DNA of 64,000 nucleotides from a virus (Duplodnaviria; Caudoviricetes). How positions within the stretch are numbered: the stretch's first letter is position 1; every line of letters starts with the position of its first letter. The stretch covers positions 32,001 through 96,000 of IMG/VR virus record IMGVR_UViG_3300029305_002190; one strand, written 5' to 3'. The notes beneath the pieces were generated by a model. It worked only from the letters and a program-made list of their open reading frames with translations. It had not been told where the DNA came from and ran no database searches. The translations under genes were made by a program, and so were the position numbers. Positions 1-9,301 of this stretch are shown here, one piece after another.

Positions 1-1059
1 ATTCAGTTGTCTGACACATCAGTGCCAACAAACTATCTAAACTTAAAGGTTAATGTTGCCTCTTCTGAGCATTGTAATAATGCGCTATTACAGAAGCGCT
101 ATGACAGATATTTACCATATACTACATTGGCAGCAGAAAAAGACGATAGAGCTAAAAACTCTATGGAATTCTTTAACTGTGTTGTATTTATTCAGGAAAC
201 TAGTGATGAAACACATAGAGAATTTAGTGATAAGGCAGTCCATTTCTACGCAATTGGTAATATAGGTGACTCTAAGAAGACAGATGATTCCAGAACTAAT
301 GATCCAGATGATGTTAACGAATTCTGTGTTGAAGTTATGGACTGGAATAGAGACTTGTCTACTTTCCCTACAGAAACTCGTATGTTTGCCGCTCATACTA
401 TTGGTTATGTAAAAGCAGAAGAGGAAGATTTAACTGTTGAAAACCTAGGCAATCTATATGAAAAAGTAGAGTTGCCAGAGGGAACTTCTTATGAGAAGAC
501 ATCTGATAGTGAAATTAATCCTTTGACCACTTATTACGTTAAGACCGAGACTATTAAGTATATTGACCTGTTAACACCAGAAAATTGTGGTGAAGACGGT
601 ATTGTTTATGAAATGAATTCCGACGGTGAGCTCGTTCATTCAATGGATACCGTAATGGACTTCACAAAGGATTATTATGTCGATGTTCTTGAGGGCGATG
701 ACTTCAGTGAAGACTATACTTATGGTTTTAGATATATCCAAAACGAGTGGGACGAAGATGATGGTGCTGACTACAAGGAGAAGAATGAAGCATTCCAGAA
801 ACCTTTGCGCCAAAAATGGGTTGAATTCTATCGTTTTGTTACTCGTGATTTAACGACTAATGGCAAAGAAGATAAAGCAAAGGTTGATGCATGGAAGAAA
901 GAGTTTGAGGATTGGTTTATTCTAGACTCTGCTTTGTATTACTATCTATATACTTTGAGATATACCATGGTCGATAACAGAGCCAAGAACTCATTCTATC
1001 ATTATGGTAAGTGCCCTGATGGCAAATACAGATTTGAGTTCTGGGCGTACGATATGGAT
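1..1059 (+). CDS. Exon 1 (5'-partial) of a large virion/tail protein with a CotH-kinase-like domain
   Basis: Frame is open from base 1. Motifs MVDNRAKN and WAYDMD. Joins in frame to 2309 to give WAYDMD|TALGIDNAG. Confidence 0.8.
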
Positions 1060-2308
1060 AAAATTTGTCCATGTAAAACCTCTATTGATTAATGGCGAAA
1101 ATCCAGAGATGGACAACGCTCAGGAAGATTATTAATTGTTTCAATCAATAATACAAAATGAAAGGAGTGAAAATATGAGAAAAATTAATAGTTATGAAAA
1201 ATATAAACATCTAATTGGTACAAAAATAAATGAATGGACTATTTTAGATGTTGTAGTTCGCAATGAAGAAAAACATCGTACATATTTGCTTGCGCAATGT
1301 AGCTGTGGAGAAATTAAAGAAATGTATATTTCAGATATATTTCAACAAACAGGAAAAGAGAAGAAAGATTGTGGTTGCGGTCACCGAAAGAGATTAGATA
1401 AAGCTGTGTTTGAGAAGTATGGCTATTTACTTGGGACAACCATTAATGGATGGACTATTTTAAAAATTCTTCCACCAAATGATAAGCATAAAAAAACTTA
1501 TGCTATCTGCTTGTGTCGATGCGGAACCATTAAAGAAGTTAAAATGAGTTACTTATTAAATGGCAATTCCAAAGATTGTGGATGCGGAAGAAAAGAAACT
1601 CTTAGCAAAATGCGGTCAAAAGATCTTACTGGACAAAAGTTTGGCAAGCTACTTGTGATCGAAAAAATGCCGTACAAAGATAAAAACGGTCATACACTGT
1701 ATAGATGCAGATGTGATTGTGGCAATGAAATTATTGTTCTTGGATACTCGCTCGTTACAAAGCATACATTGTCCTGTGGATGTTTAGTATCTTATTACAA
1801 CATGTACATAAAACAGTTTTTAGATAAAAACAATATTGAAAACAAGCCAGAACGTACCATTTTTATTGGTGACAATTACTATAGATTTGATTTCTATTTG
1901 CCTCAATACAATTTATTCATTGAGTATGATGGAGAGCAACATTTCAAACCAATACGATATTATACACAAACAGAAGAAGAAATGATGGCCGCATTTAAAA
2001 AGACGCAAGAACATGACCGTATTAAAAATAAATATTGTGAAGATAATCAAATTAATTTATTAAGAATTCCATATTGGGAAAAAGAAAATATTGAAACAAT
2101 TATAAATAATCACCTGCAACGACTGAGTATAGAGGGCTATATTGCTGAAGCGGTATAGTATGCAACAGTCTGAACTACGGCTATAATCTAAAAATGAAAC
2201 CGTAGAGGGTGGCTCAAAGGTATCTAGACCTTTTAAAGAAGAAGCTACCCCGCCTACTATATTGTAGGTCATAATCCACAAATGCCTAGTGTGGATAGTA
2301 ACAGATTG
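1060..2308 (+). ncRNA. Group I self-splicing intron (IA-like), 1249 nt
   Basis: P1: exon ATATGGAT (1052-1059) pairs with GTCCATGT (1067-1074), with U.G at the 5' splice site. P3: CCTCTAT 1079-1085 / ATAGAGG 2129-2135. P4/P5 at 1093-1122. P7: GACTG 2121-2125 / CAGTC 2166-2170. P8 hairpin 2137-2158. P9 hairpins 2175-2296. Terminal G2308. Splicing restores frame and motif. Confidence 0.92.
1175..2158 (+). CDS. Intron-encoded homing endonuclease (three CxC..CG/CGC modules plus a Vsr/DUF559-like nuclease domain)
   Basis: RBS AAGGAG before ATG 1175. C-terminal RFDFYLP..NLFIEYDGEQH. The ORF lies between the intron P4 and P7 elements and its stop falls in P8. Confidence 0.85.
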   Translation: MRKINSYEKYKHLIGTKINEWTILDVVVRNEEKHRTYLLAQCSCGEIKEMYISDIFQQTGKEKKDCGCGHRKRLDKAVFEKYGYLLGTTINGWTILKILPPNDKHKKTYAICLCRCGTIKEVKMSYLLNGNSKDCGCGRKETLSKMRSKDLTGQKFGKLLVIEKMPYKDKNGHTLYRCRCDCGNEIIVLGYSLVTKHTLSCGCLVSYYNMYIKQFLDKNNIENKPERTIFIGDNYYRFDFYLPQYNLFIEYDGEQHFKPIRYYTQTEEEMMAAFKKTQEHDRIKNKYCEDNQINLLRIPYWEKENIETIINNHLQRLSIEGYIAEAV

Positions 2309-5300
2309 ACAGCTTTAGGTATTGACAACGCAGGTAAGCTTGACATTCCTTTTGGTCAAGAAGATCATGACGTTGATGCTGCTGGTGCAGCACACTTTAG
2401 AGCACATAACTCTACATTCTTTGACAGAATTGTTAAGTATTTCTCCGAAGAATTAAATGCAAGATGGGCAGCTATTGAACAAAGTCCTGCTGGCAATGCA
2501 TTTGATTCCGTTTCTCTGTTAAATGAGTTTGATGCATGGCAGCAACAATTTGCAGAAGAGCTATGGAGACTTGACTACGAAAGAAAATATAAGAGAACAT
2601 ATGTTGGTGGTAATGGCCCTGATTGGGATAATGCTTTACCAAAGAAAAATGAAGCTGGTGCAAATGTCACTGAGCCTCGTTTCCTAAAAGAAATGATGAA
2701 TGGACGTAAGAAGTATCAAAGAAGACAGTTTGAGAGAGCACAAGACACATACATGTCAAGTAAGTTCTTAGGTAGTAAAAATGTATCTGATACTATCACT
2801 CTTCGTGGTGCTGGTGCTTCAGAGACTCATCCTATTCCCGCTAATTATACTTTATCTATTATTCCATTCTCTAACATGTATATCAATATTCATGATGGTA
2901 CAACTAACTTCTATCACAATAGATGTTATGCTGGTCAGACATATAATATTGACTTACTTGGTGCTAGTGGAGCGTTTGACTTTGGATATATTAGAGGCTC
3001 TTCCAATATTCAAGAACTAGGCGACTTGTCACTGAAATATCTACAGACTGCAACATTGAATAGTGGTTCTAGATTGAAGACAATTAAGCTTGGTAATGCA
3101 GATGAAAGATATGAAAATAAATCTCTAAAGACTCTAGCAATTGGTTCTAGTAATAGACTACTTGAAGAGTTAGATATTAGAAATCTAAAATATCTGGCAA
3201 ATGAAAGCTTAGACTTACCTGTTACAAATATTCCTAGTTTGAAGCGTGTATATGCTCAAGGTTCTAATATTAGACAGGCACGTTTTGCCAATAATGGTTT
3301 GTTAGAGGAAGCATATCTACCAGCAACAGTTACCGAGTTGTCTCTACGTAATTTACACTTTATCAAGACTATTGAACTTGAAAGTTATGACAGTTTAGTT
3401 AACCTAACTATTGAAAACTGTCCAACTATGAATGACAAAGCACTTGTGATGATTGGTTTGGCAAAGAATTTAAAATCTGTAAAAGTAACCAACGTTAATT
3501 GGGAACAAAAAACAACTGACTTGTTGAATCGTATCGTAAGGATGAAGGGTAGCCTACTTACTGGTTTCGTAAAATTTACTGGCTATGTCAGACAAAGTGA
3601 ATTGGACGCATATGCAAATGCTTGGCCTGATTTGAATGTGGATATTAGTGAGGCAACTTTGGTGCCACAGTATCCAGTAGCGTTCTTTAACTATGATGGT
3701 GTTACTCCTATTTTAGATAAGAATGGCAATCCTTATGTACAGCTTGTTGATGAGTTTAAATCTCCATATGATCCTACCGAAAAAGATCCAAACACACCTA
3801 TCGATATTGATATGCCGACTCGTGAAGAAACTGCACAATATAAATATGTTTTCACAGGTTGGGATGGCATTAAAGGAACCGTTCCAGAGTTAACAAAAGT
3901 TGTGGCAATTTATGTTGAACAAGATCAGTATTATAATGTTTATTGGCATAACAAAAATGGTGATATATTGTATACAGTTAAGGATGTCAAGTATGGAAAT
4001 CCTGCCGTCTATGGCGGAAATTGGCCAACATATACTGTTAATGAAGCAGAGTATTATGAATATAGCATCTTTACTGGATGGGATATTAGCACTAGTGTTA
4101 TTGTTGGAGAAACTCACGCTTATGCACAATATGAAACAGTAAATGGCCTTCCTGCTAAAGGCACTGATATAAAAGATATGAGCGTCGCACAGATTTATAG
4201 TATTGTTACTTCTGGTAATAGTGCTGGTTATTTTGAAGACAAGGATTATATTGACATTAAACTTGGCAATGATTATTCTTACAACAATGTTGCAGAAAAT
4301 GTAATTATCAGTAACGATACTGTTTTGGATGGAACTGAATCTAAAGTAATTGAGTCTGATATTAAACTTTGCGGTTCAGATTCTCCTGCATTTACTATGG
4401 CTATCGACTTTGAATTTGGTGTTAATGATACTTCATCTCCTGTTAGACCCACTCTTGTTTCTTGTTTTGAAAATGCTAACTCTAAGGGAATGAGATTATT
4501 CTATGGTACTGATGGCAATCCTGCTATTCAATGGGGTGATCAGACAATGACTGTTGGATATGGCACACAAAGAAATATGGTTGTCATTCGTCATGCTAAG
4601 GGAGAAGAACTTGTACACGTTTATGCATTTAATGGTGTAAATGCTGGATCTGGTGCATATTCAACAAGTATTGATTATAGAACATTAACTCGTACTACAC
4701 AGCAATTCACAAATCGACCAGTTATTATCGGTGGTTTCAGATACGATCCAGAGGCTGGTTCAGACGTTGGTAAGCTTGGTGGACTATGTAATGGTATCGT
4801 GCATTGGGTTAAAGTTTGGAATGAAGATCTTGGTGATGTAGATGCTAGAAATCTAGCAGCATGGACTCATGAAACAATTCGTTTCCAATATTGTGGTAGT
4901 GGCAGATACCAGGTGAATCCTAATACTGGTCGTATGACTGGTGCATCTTTTATTTGCGAAAACCTATTAGCATATGGTGGCAATATTAATTCTAGCCAGT
5001 CTAATGTTGGTGGTTGGGAAGCATCTGAGATGAGAGATTTCTGTAATGATCGTGTATATAATGCATTCCCGACTGTATGGAAGTCTGTGATTAAGAAACC
5101 ATATATCCCTGCAAATATTGGTAATAATTCTTCTACTGTTGTAACATCTCAAGATTATATTTATCTGCCATCTTATGTTGAGTTGACTACTATTACTACA
5201 GATCCATATGATGATGAAGGTTACGCAATTAGTTGGATGATTAACCCCGCAGATAGAATTAAGAAACAAAATGGTGTTGCGACAAAATACTGGACTCGTT

Positions 5301-5422
5301 CTGCTATGAAGGGATATGACCGTTATTGGGTATATGTTGCCGAAGATGGTTCTATGAACGGAAATCTGACATATGCATATCCACAAACAAAGAACGGCAT
5401 TTGTCCTTGCTTCTCAATCTAA
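2309..5422 (+). CDS. Exon 2 of the large virion/tail protein (CotH C-terminal part, LRR-like segment, LamG-like region, DUF6273-like C-terminus)
   Basis: Starts TALGIDNAG. LRR-like LEELDIRNL and LKRVYAQGS. Ends YWTRSA...NGICPCFSI. Confidence 0.8.
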   Translation, partial: TALGIDNAGKLDIPFGQEDHDVDAAGAAHFRAHNSTFFDRIVKYFSEELNARWAAIEQSPAGNAFDSVSLLNEFDAWQQQFAEELWRLDYERKYKRTYVGGNGPDWDNALPKKNEAGANVTEPRFLKEMMNGRKKYQRRQFERAQDTYMSSKFLGSKNVSDTITLRGAGASETHPIPANYTLSIIPFSNMYINIHDGTTNFYHNRCYAGQTYNIDLLGASGAFDFGYIRGSSNIQELGDLSLKYLQTATLNSGSRLKTIKLGNADERYENKSLKTLAIGSSNRLLEELDIRNLKYLANESLDLPVTNIPSLKRVYAQGSNIRQARFANNGLLEEAYLPATVTELSLRNLHFIKTIELESYDSLVNLTIENCPTMNDKALVMIGLAKNLKSVKVTNVNWEQKTTDLLNRIVRMKGSLLTGFVKFTGYVRQSELDAYANAWPDLNVDISEATLVPQYPVAFFNYDGVTPILDKNGNPYVQLVDEFKSPYDPTEKDPNTPIDIDMPTREETAQYKYVFTGWDGIKGTVPELTKVVAIYVEQDQYYNVYWHNKNGDILYTVKDVKYGNPAVYGGNWPTYTVNEAEYYEYSIFTGWDISTSVIVGETHAYAQYETVNGLPAKGTDIKDMSVAQIYSIVTSGNSAGYFEDKDYIDIKLGNDYSYNNVAENVIISNDTVLDGTESKVIESDIKLCGSDSPAFTMAIDFEFGVNDTSSPVRPTLVSCFENANSKGMRLFYGTDGNPAIQWGDQTMTVGYGTQRNMVVIRHAKGEELVHVYAFNGVNAGSGAYSTSIDYRTLTRTTQQFTNRPVIIGGFRYDPEAGSDVGKLGGLCNGIVHWVKVWNEDLGDVDARNLAAWTHETIRFQYCGSGRYQVNPNTGRMTGASFICENLLAYGGNINSSQSNVGGWEASEMRDFCNDRVYNAFPTVWKSVIKKPYIPANIGNNSSTVVTSQDYIYLPSYVELTTITTDPYDDEGYAISWMINPADRIKKQNGVATKYWTRSAMKGYDRYWVYVAEDGSMNGNLTYAYPQTKNGICPCFSI

Positions 5423-5436
5423 GGAGGTGAGCGTAT

Positions 5437-6084
5437 ATGAAATATTATAAGATTATTAAAAACAAAGAATTTATTGGTGTTGGAACTACGCTCAACTTAC
5501 GTAGATTCCAGAAAAAGCATAAAATTATTTTGATTTGTGATGAAACACAAGTACAATATATTCAGTTGGGTGATGTTCTATATCGTGCAAATTGGATGTG
5601 GCCTGAAACTACTGATAGTGTTAAATATGAAATCGCAGATGTTATTAGAATCGAAAAAGGCGAATATGATTTACTATTGAAAGCAGTTGAGACAAATGAA
5701 GAAATTGCCATTGAAGAAGAGCCTGTTGTCGAAACTGAACACGTTGTAGTTGAAGAACCAACAATCGATTATGTTCGTGCTTCTAAAATCTCAGAGTTGA
5801 AGCATCATTGTAATAAGGAGATTACCAACGGTGTGAATATTAAGTTAAGTGACGGGGAAACTCGTCACTTTTCTATGTCATTGGAAGACCAAATTAATTT
5901 ACTGACAATGGCATATCTGTCTGATGAGAGTGTATATTCCACCGAGGATATGAAAACGATTATTGCAGAAACAAATGCTTTCAAAAATCGTCATATTGCA
6001 AAATTTAAGCAATTAGAAAACCGTGTGAACTCCTTAAATACTATTCAGGAAATTTCTGCGGTGAATTACCATGAGGAGGTGTAA
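5437..6084 (+). CDS. Tail-fibre-associated protein (DUF4376-like C-terminus)
   Basis: RBS AAGGAGGT. C-terminal KISELK..CN.EI..G...HFSMSLEDQINL pattern. Confidence 0.5.
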   Translation: MKYYKIIKNKEFIGVGTTLNLRRFQKKHKIILICDETQVQYIQLGDVLYRANWMWPETTDSVKYEIADVIRIEKGEYDLLLKAVETNEEIAIEEEPVVETEHVVVEEPTIDYVRASKISELKHHCNKEITNGVNIKLSDGETRHFSMSLEDQINLLTMAYLSDESVYSTEDMKTIIAETNAFKNRHIAKFKQLENRVNSLNTIQEISAVNYHEEV

Positions 6085-6087
6085 GAT

Positions 6088-7524
6088 ATGGCGTATTTAA
6101 ATAAAATTGATATAAACGGTAGAACCTATTATCTTCAACACCTAACTGATGGTAAAAATGAGGCAAAACTACCAACCCCTGTAAAAGATGACGAATTACT
6201 ATTGCGGAGTCAGGTTATAAATAGTGTAACAAGTAAGGACAGCCAAAGTGGCTATAGAATTCCTTTGTCTGCAGCACAGGGTTATTCATTAAATACTAAA
6301 TTAAATCAAGAGATTCTTGATCGTGAAGCAGATGTTGATGAGGAACAAGCAAGAGCAGAGGCCGCAGAAAAAGTATTAACTGACAATTTAAATAAAGAAA
6401 TTCAAGACAGAATTGATGATGTTGATACTGAGGAGGCAAGAGCTCTGGCTGCTGAGAAAGTTTTAACAGATAATCTGGCGCAGGAAATTATTGACAGAAC
6501 TAATGATGTTAATGAAGAACAAAAGCGTGCTGAAGATGCGGAAAAAATCTTAACAGACAATTTAAACAAAGAAATTCAAGATAGAACTGACGACGTTAAC
6601 GCAGAAGAAACGAGAGCTTTAACTGCAGAAAAGGTGTTAACGGATAATCTTGCACAAGAAATTGTTGACCGCACAAATGCAGTCACAACAGAACAAAATA
6701 GAGCAACTGCAAAAGAGAATGAGATTAGTGCCAATCTAACAGCTGAAATCAATCGTGCTAAATCTGCGGAGGAAACTAATGCAACTGCAATTGCTACTGA
6801 GAAATCTCGTGCTGAGGGTGTTGAATCTAATCATGAGTCTCGTATTGTAACTATGGAAACCTTCTTTAAAGAAGCGGATATTGATGCAAGTCAAGAATTC
6901 ATTGATACCTTAAAAGAAATTCAGACCTATATTGCAGATGATAAAACTGGTGCAGCAGCTATGACAGCTTCTATTCAATCAAATAAAACTGCTATTGAAA
7001 CTGAGGCTGGTCGTGCCGAGGGTGTGGAAGCTGATTTACAGTCTCAGATTACTGCCGAGGCAACAACTGCTCGTGCTGCTGAAAAATCCAATGCTGATGC
7101 TATTGCCGTTTTGAATGGCTCTGCTGATGGATCTGTTGCGAAGGCAGTTGTTGATGCTAGAACTGTTTTGGAATCTGAAATTGCTAAGAAGCTGGATAAA
7201 ACTGATGCCTATGTCCATCCTTCTCATGACGGTTGTGTTTCTGGTTTGTATAAGATTACTGTTGATGAGTTTGGTCATGTTTCTAGTGTGATTCCTGTAA
7301 GTAAGGATGATATTGTTGGTCTTGGTGTTCCAGCGCAAGACACTACTTATGGTGACGCTACTGCGGGTACTAGTGGATTATTGTCTGCTGTGGATAAGGT
7401 TACATATGATGGATATGCTGCTACTATTGCGAGTTTACAAGAACAAATTGATGCATTAAAAGCATTAGTGGAAAGTTATCATCCTACAGTTGAACCCGAA
7501 CCTGAACCTGATGAAACGGAATAA
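6088..7524 (+). CDS. Coiled-coil tail-fibre/structural protein with 29-aa repeats
   Basis: Repeats of LxxEIxDRxxDVxxExxRAxxAEKxLTDN, then DTLKEI and YVHPSH...GLYKITVD.FGHV motifs typical of phage fibres. Confidence 0.65.
   Translation: MAYLNKIDINGRTYYLQHLTDGKNEAKLPTPVKDDELLLRSQVINSVTSKDSQSGYRIPLSAAQGYSLNTKLNQEILDREADVDEEQARAEAAEKVLTDNLNKEIQDRIDDVDTEEARALAAEKVLTDNLAQEIIDRTNDVNEEQKRAEDAEKILTDNLNKEIQDRTDDVNAEETRALTAEKVLTDNLAQEIVDRTNAVTTEQNRATAKENEISANLTAEINRAKSAEETNATAIATEKSRAEGVESNHESRIVTMETFFKEADIDASQEFIDTLKEIQTYIADDKTGAAAMTASIQSNKTAIETEAGRAEGVEADLQSQITAEATTARAAEKSNADAIAVLNGSADGSVAKAVVDARTVLESEIAKKLDKTDAYVHPSHDGCVSGLYKITVDEFGHVSSVIPVSKDDIVGLGVPAQDTTYGDATAGTSGLLSAVDKVTYDGYAATIASLQEQIDALKALVESYHPTVEPEPEPDETE
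6301..6740 (+). repeat. About 5 tandem 87-bp (29-aa) coding repeats
   Basis: Visible in the translation; LNKEIQDR units alternate with LAQEIxDR units. Confidence 0.85.
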
Positions 7525-7532
7525 TGATTATA

Positions 7533-7572
7533 AGGAGGGCGTGGAGACACGCTCTCCTCTATTTATATTTGA
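7533..7572 (+). terminator. Intrinsic terminator-like hairpin
   Basis: AGGAGGGCGTG-GAGA-CACGCTCTCCT followed by a T-rich tract. Confidence 0.65.
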
Positions 7573-7578
7573 TAGGAT

Positions 7579-8085
7579 GTGATGAATATGATTGTTGCTG
7601 GAATTGATGGCAGCACTACAAGCACAGGGCTGGCAATTATGAGAGATGGTGAATTAATATTTCGTACACTAATTGATTTAAAAAAAGACAAAGATTCAAT
7701 GAGGCGTATTCGTCGCATGCTTTTAAAAATTTGCGAAATATTAGATGAACATAAGCCAGATGTAGTTTATATGGAAAAGAGCATTATGAAAACCAATATA
7801 GACACAACGCAAAAGCTATCAAATCTCGCAGGCGGTATGATGTTATATTGTGCTTTACATGACATTGAGTTTGTTCACCCAATGCCGTCTGAATGGCGTG
7901 CGAAAATTGGAATTGAGCAATCAAATAAAATTAAGCGTGAGACATTAAAAGAAGAAGCAATTTTGGCTGTTAAAAATGAGTATGGTATTAATGTTAATGA
8001 TGATGTGGCTGAAGCCATACTAATTTGTAGAAGCGCTTTTGATTTGCCAAAGATTGATATTTCAGAAGAGGATCTTTGGAACTGA
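7579..8085 (+). CDS. ruvC: RuvC-like Holliday junction resolvase
   Basis: AGIDGSTTSTG, VYME, PSEWR and DDVAEAILI: RNase H-fold catalytic motifs. Confidence 0.85.
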   Translation: MMNMIVAGIDGSTTSTGLAIMRDGELIFRTLIDLKKDKDSMRRIRRMLLKICEILDEHKPDVVYMEKSIMKTNIDTTQKLSNLAGGMMLYCALHDIEFVHPMPSEWRAKIGIEQSNKIKRETLKEEAILAVKNEYGINVNDDVAEAILICRSAFDLPKIDISEEDLWN

Positions 8086-8098
8086 CTATGAGAACTAT

Positions 8099-8130
8099 GC
8101 CGTCATGGTGCGATTTTCATGGCGGTTTTA
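8099..8130 (+). terminator. Hairpin/terminator after ruvC
   Basis: GCCGTCATG...CATGGCGGT followed by TTTA. Confidence 0.5.
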
Positions 8131-8166
8131 TATATAAAAATTATGAACTAAAAAGGAGAAAACGAT

Positions 8167-8724
8167 ATGACTACTAAGGAACTAATTACACTAATGAGCG
8201 ACAACAGAAACAAGATGCTAAAAATTGAGCAGTTAGAAGCGGTTCTAAAAAAGAAATTAGAAGTGAAAGAATACATTAGCATCAAGTCAAAAAAGAGCCT
8301 TGTTGACGACATTGTAAACGAATGCATTCTATATGAAGATGGTATTTTTAAATTCAATGATATTGAAAAATATATTTGTTTCACCATGAGAGTTATTGAA
8401 GCTTATACAAATATTGAACTATCTGATGATTTAGAAGAAGAGTACGATCTACTGTGCGAGTCTAAGTTGCTTGAATCAATTATTAATACGTTCAAGAAGG
8501 AATATGACGACGTAAATATTCTACTTCAAATGAAGTGTGATTATGTATTAAATAACAATACACTTGCTGCACAGGTTGGTAGATTTTTCGATGGCATTTT
8601 GGAGAAGCTAGATATTGTCGTTGACACTCTGGCTAACAAAGTTGACGGTTCTGATTTTAAAAACTTACCCATTAGCAGTGAAGATATAAATAAATTAATG
8701 CAGTTCATTAATAAGCAGAAATAA
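8167..8724 (+). CDS. Hypothetical phage protein (possible tail assembly factor)
   Basis: RBS AAAGGAG. Lies upstream of the tape measure gene. Confidence 0.55.
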   Translation: MTTKELITLMSDNRNKMLKIEQLEAVLKKKLEVKEYISIKSKKSLVDDIVNECILYEDGIFKFNDIEKYICFTMRVIEAYTNIELSDDLEEEYDLLCESKLLESIINTFKKEYDDVNILLQMKCDYVLNNNTLAAQVGRFFDGILEKLDIVVDTLANKVDGSDFKNLPISSEDINKLMQFINKQK

Positions 8725-8740
8725 TATAAGGAGTGATTTT

Positions 8741-9286
8741 ATGGCTGTTCAATGTTTGGACGCTGCTTTTGCTGCGATTATTAAGGACTGCCAAGCTATT
8801 GCAGTGGAGGCAGTTAAAAACGCAGCCAAAAAAACACAAAAGGATATTTTAAAAGAAGCAGATAATTATTTGCAAAAATATTATAGCAATTATACACCTA
8901 AGAGATATAAACGCACACATCAATTACAAAATGCAATTAAGCCAGTGATTGAAGACCATTCAACTGGAACAAGTACTTCAATCGAAGTTGGTGTTGAATA
9001 CGACTCTAGTGCGTTAAAAGGTGCCTATAGAAGCAATTCTCGTTGGCATCAATCTGGAGGCGCTTGGAGGCCAGTTGTTGATTATACAGATTTTAGTTCT
9101 GACAATGGTATTCCAGAACCAGAATGGATTATAGGAAATTTTTTAGAAGGAATTCACCCATGGGCACAAACAGATGGAGAGTCTACTAATAGCCTTATGG
9201 AAGAATTTTTTGATGTTCAATTAGCTGGTCGTATTGAAAAATATGTTCAGGAAGAATTATTTGCTGCTATAACTAGCAGATTGTAA
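8741..9286 (+). CDS. Phage morphogenesis protein (HK97 gp10-like, tentative)
   Basis: YYSNYTPKRYKRTHQL motif. Directly precedes the tape measure gene. Confidence 0.5.
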   Translation: MAVQCLDAAFAAIIKDCQAIAVEAVKNAAKKTQKDILKEADNYLQKYYSNYTPKRYKRTHQLQNAIKPVIEDHSTGTSTSIEVGVEYDSSALKGAYRSNSRWHQSGGAWRPVVDYTDFSSDNGIPEPEWIIGNFLEGIHPWAQTDGESTNSLMEEFFDVQLAGRIEKYVQEELFAAITSRL

Positions 9287-9301
9287 TGGTGGTGAAATAA
9301 T

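Noticed and set aside
7-5422. ORFs 7-1092 and 2282-5422 as separate genes or a disrupted pseudogene
   Set aside because: The group I intron structure joins them in frame. The KICPCKTSID tail and the MPSVDSNRL head are intron sequence.
5280-5422. Complete diversity-generating retroelement in this window
   Set aside because: No reverse transcriptase or template repeat was seen; kept only as a possible target domain.
8167-9286. Tail-chaperone programmed frameshift before the tape measure gene
   Set aside because: The two ORFs have separate RBSs and I found no convincing slippery site at the end of the first.
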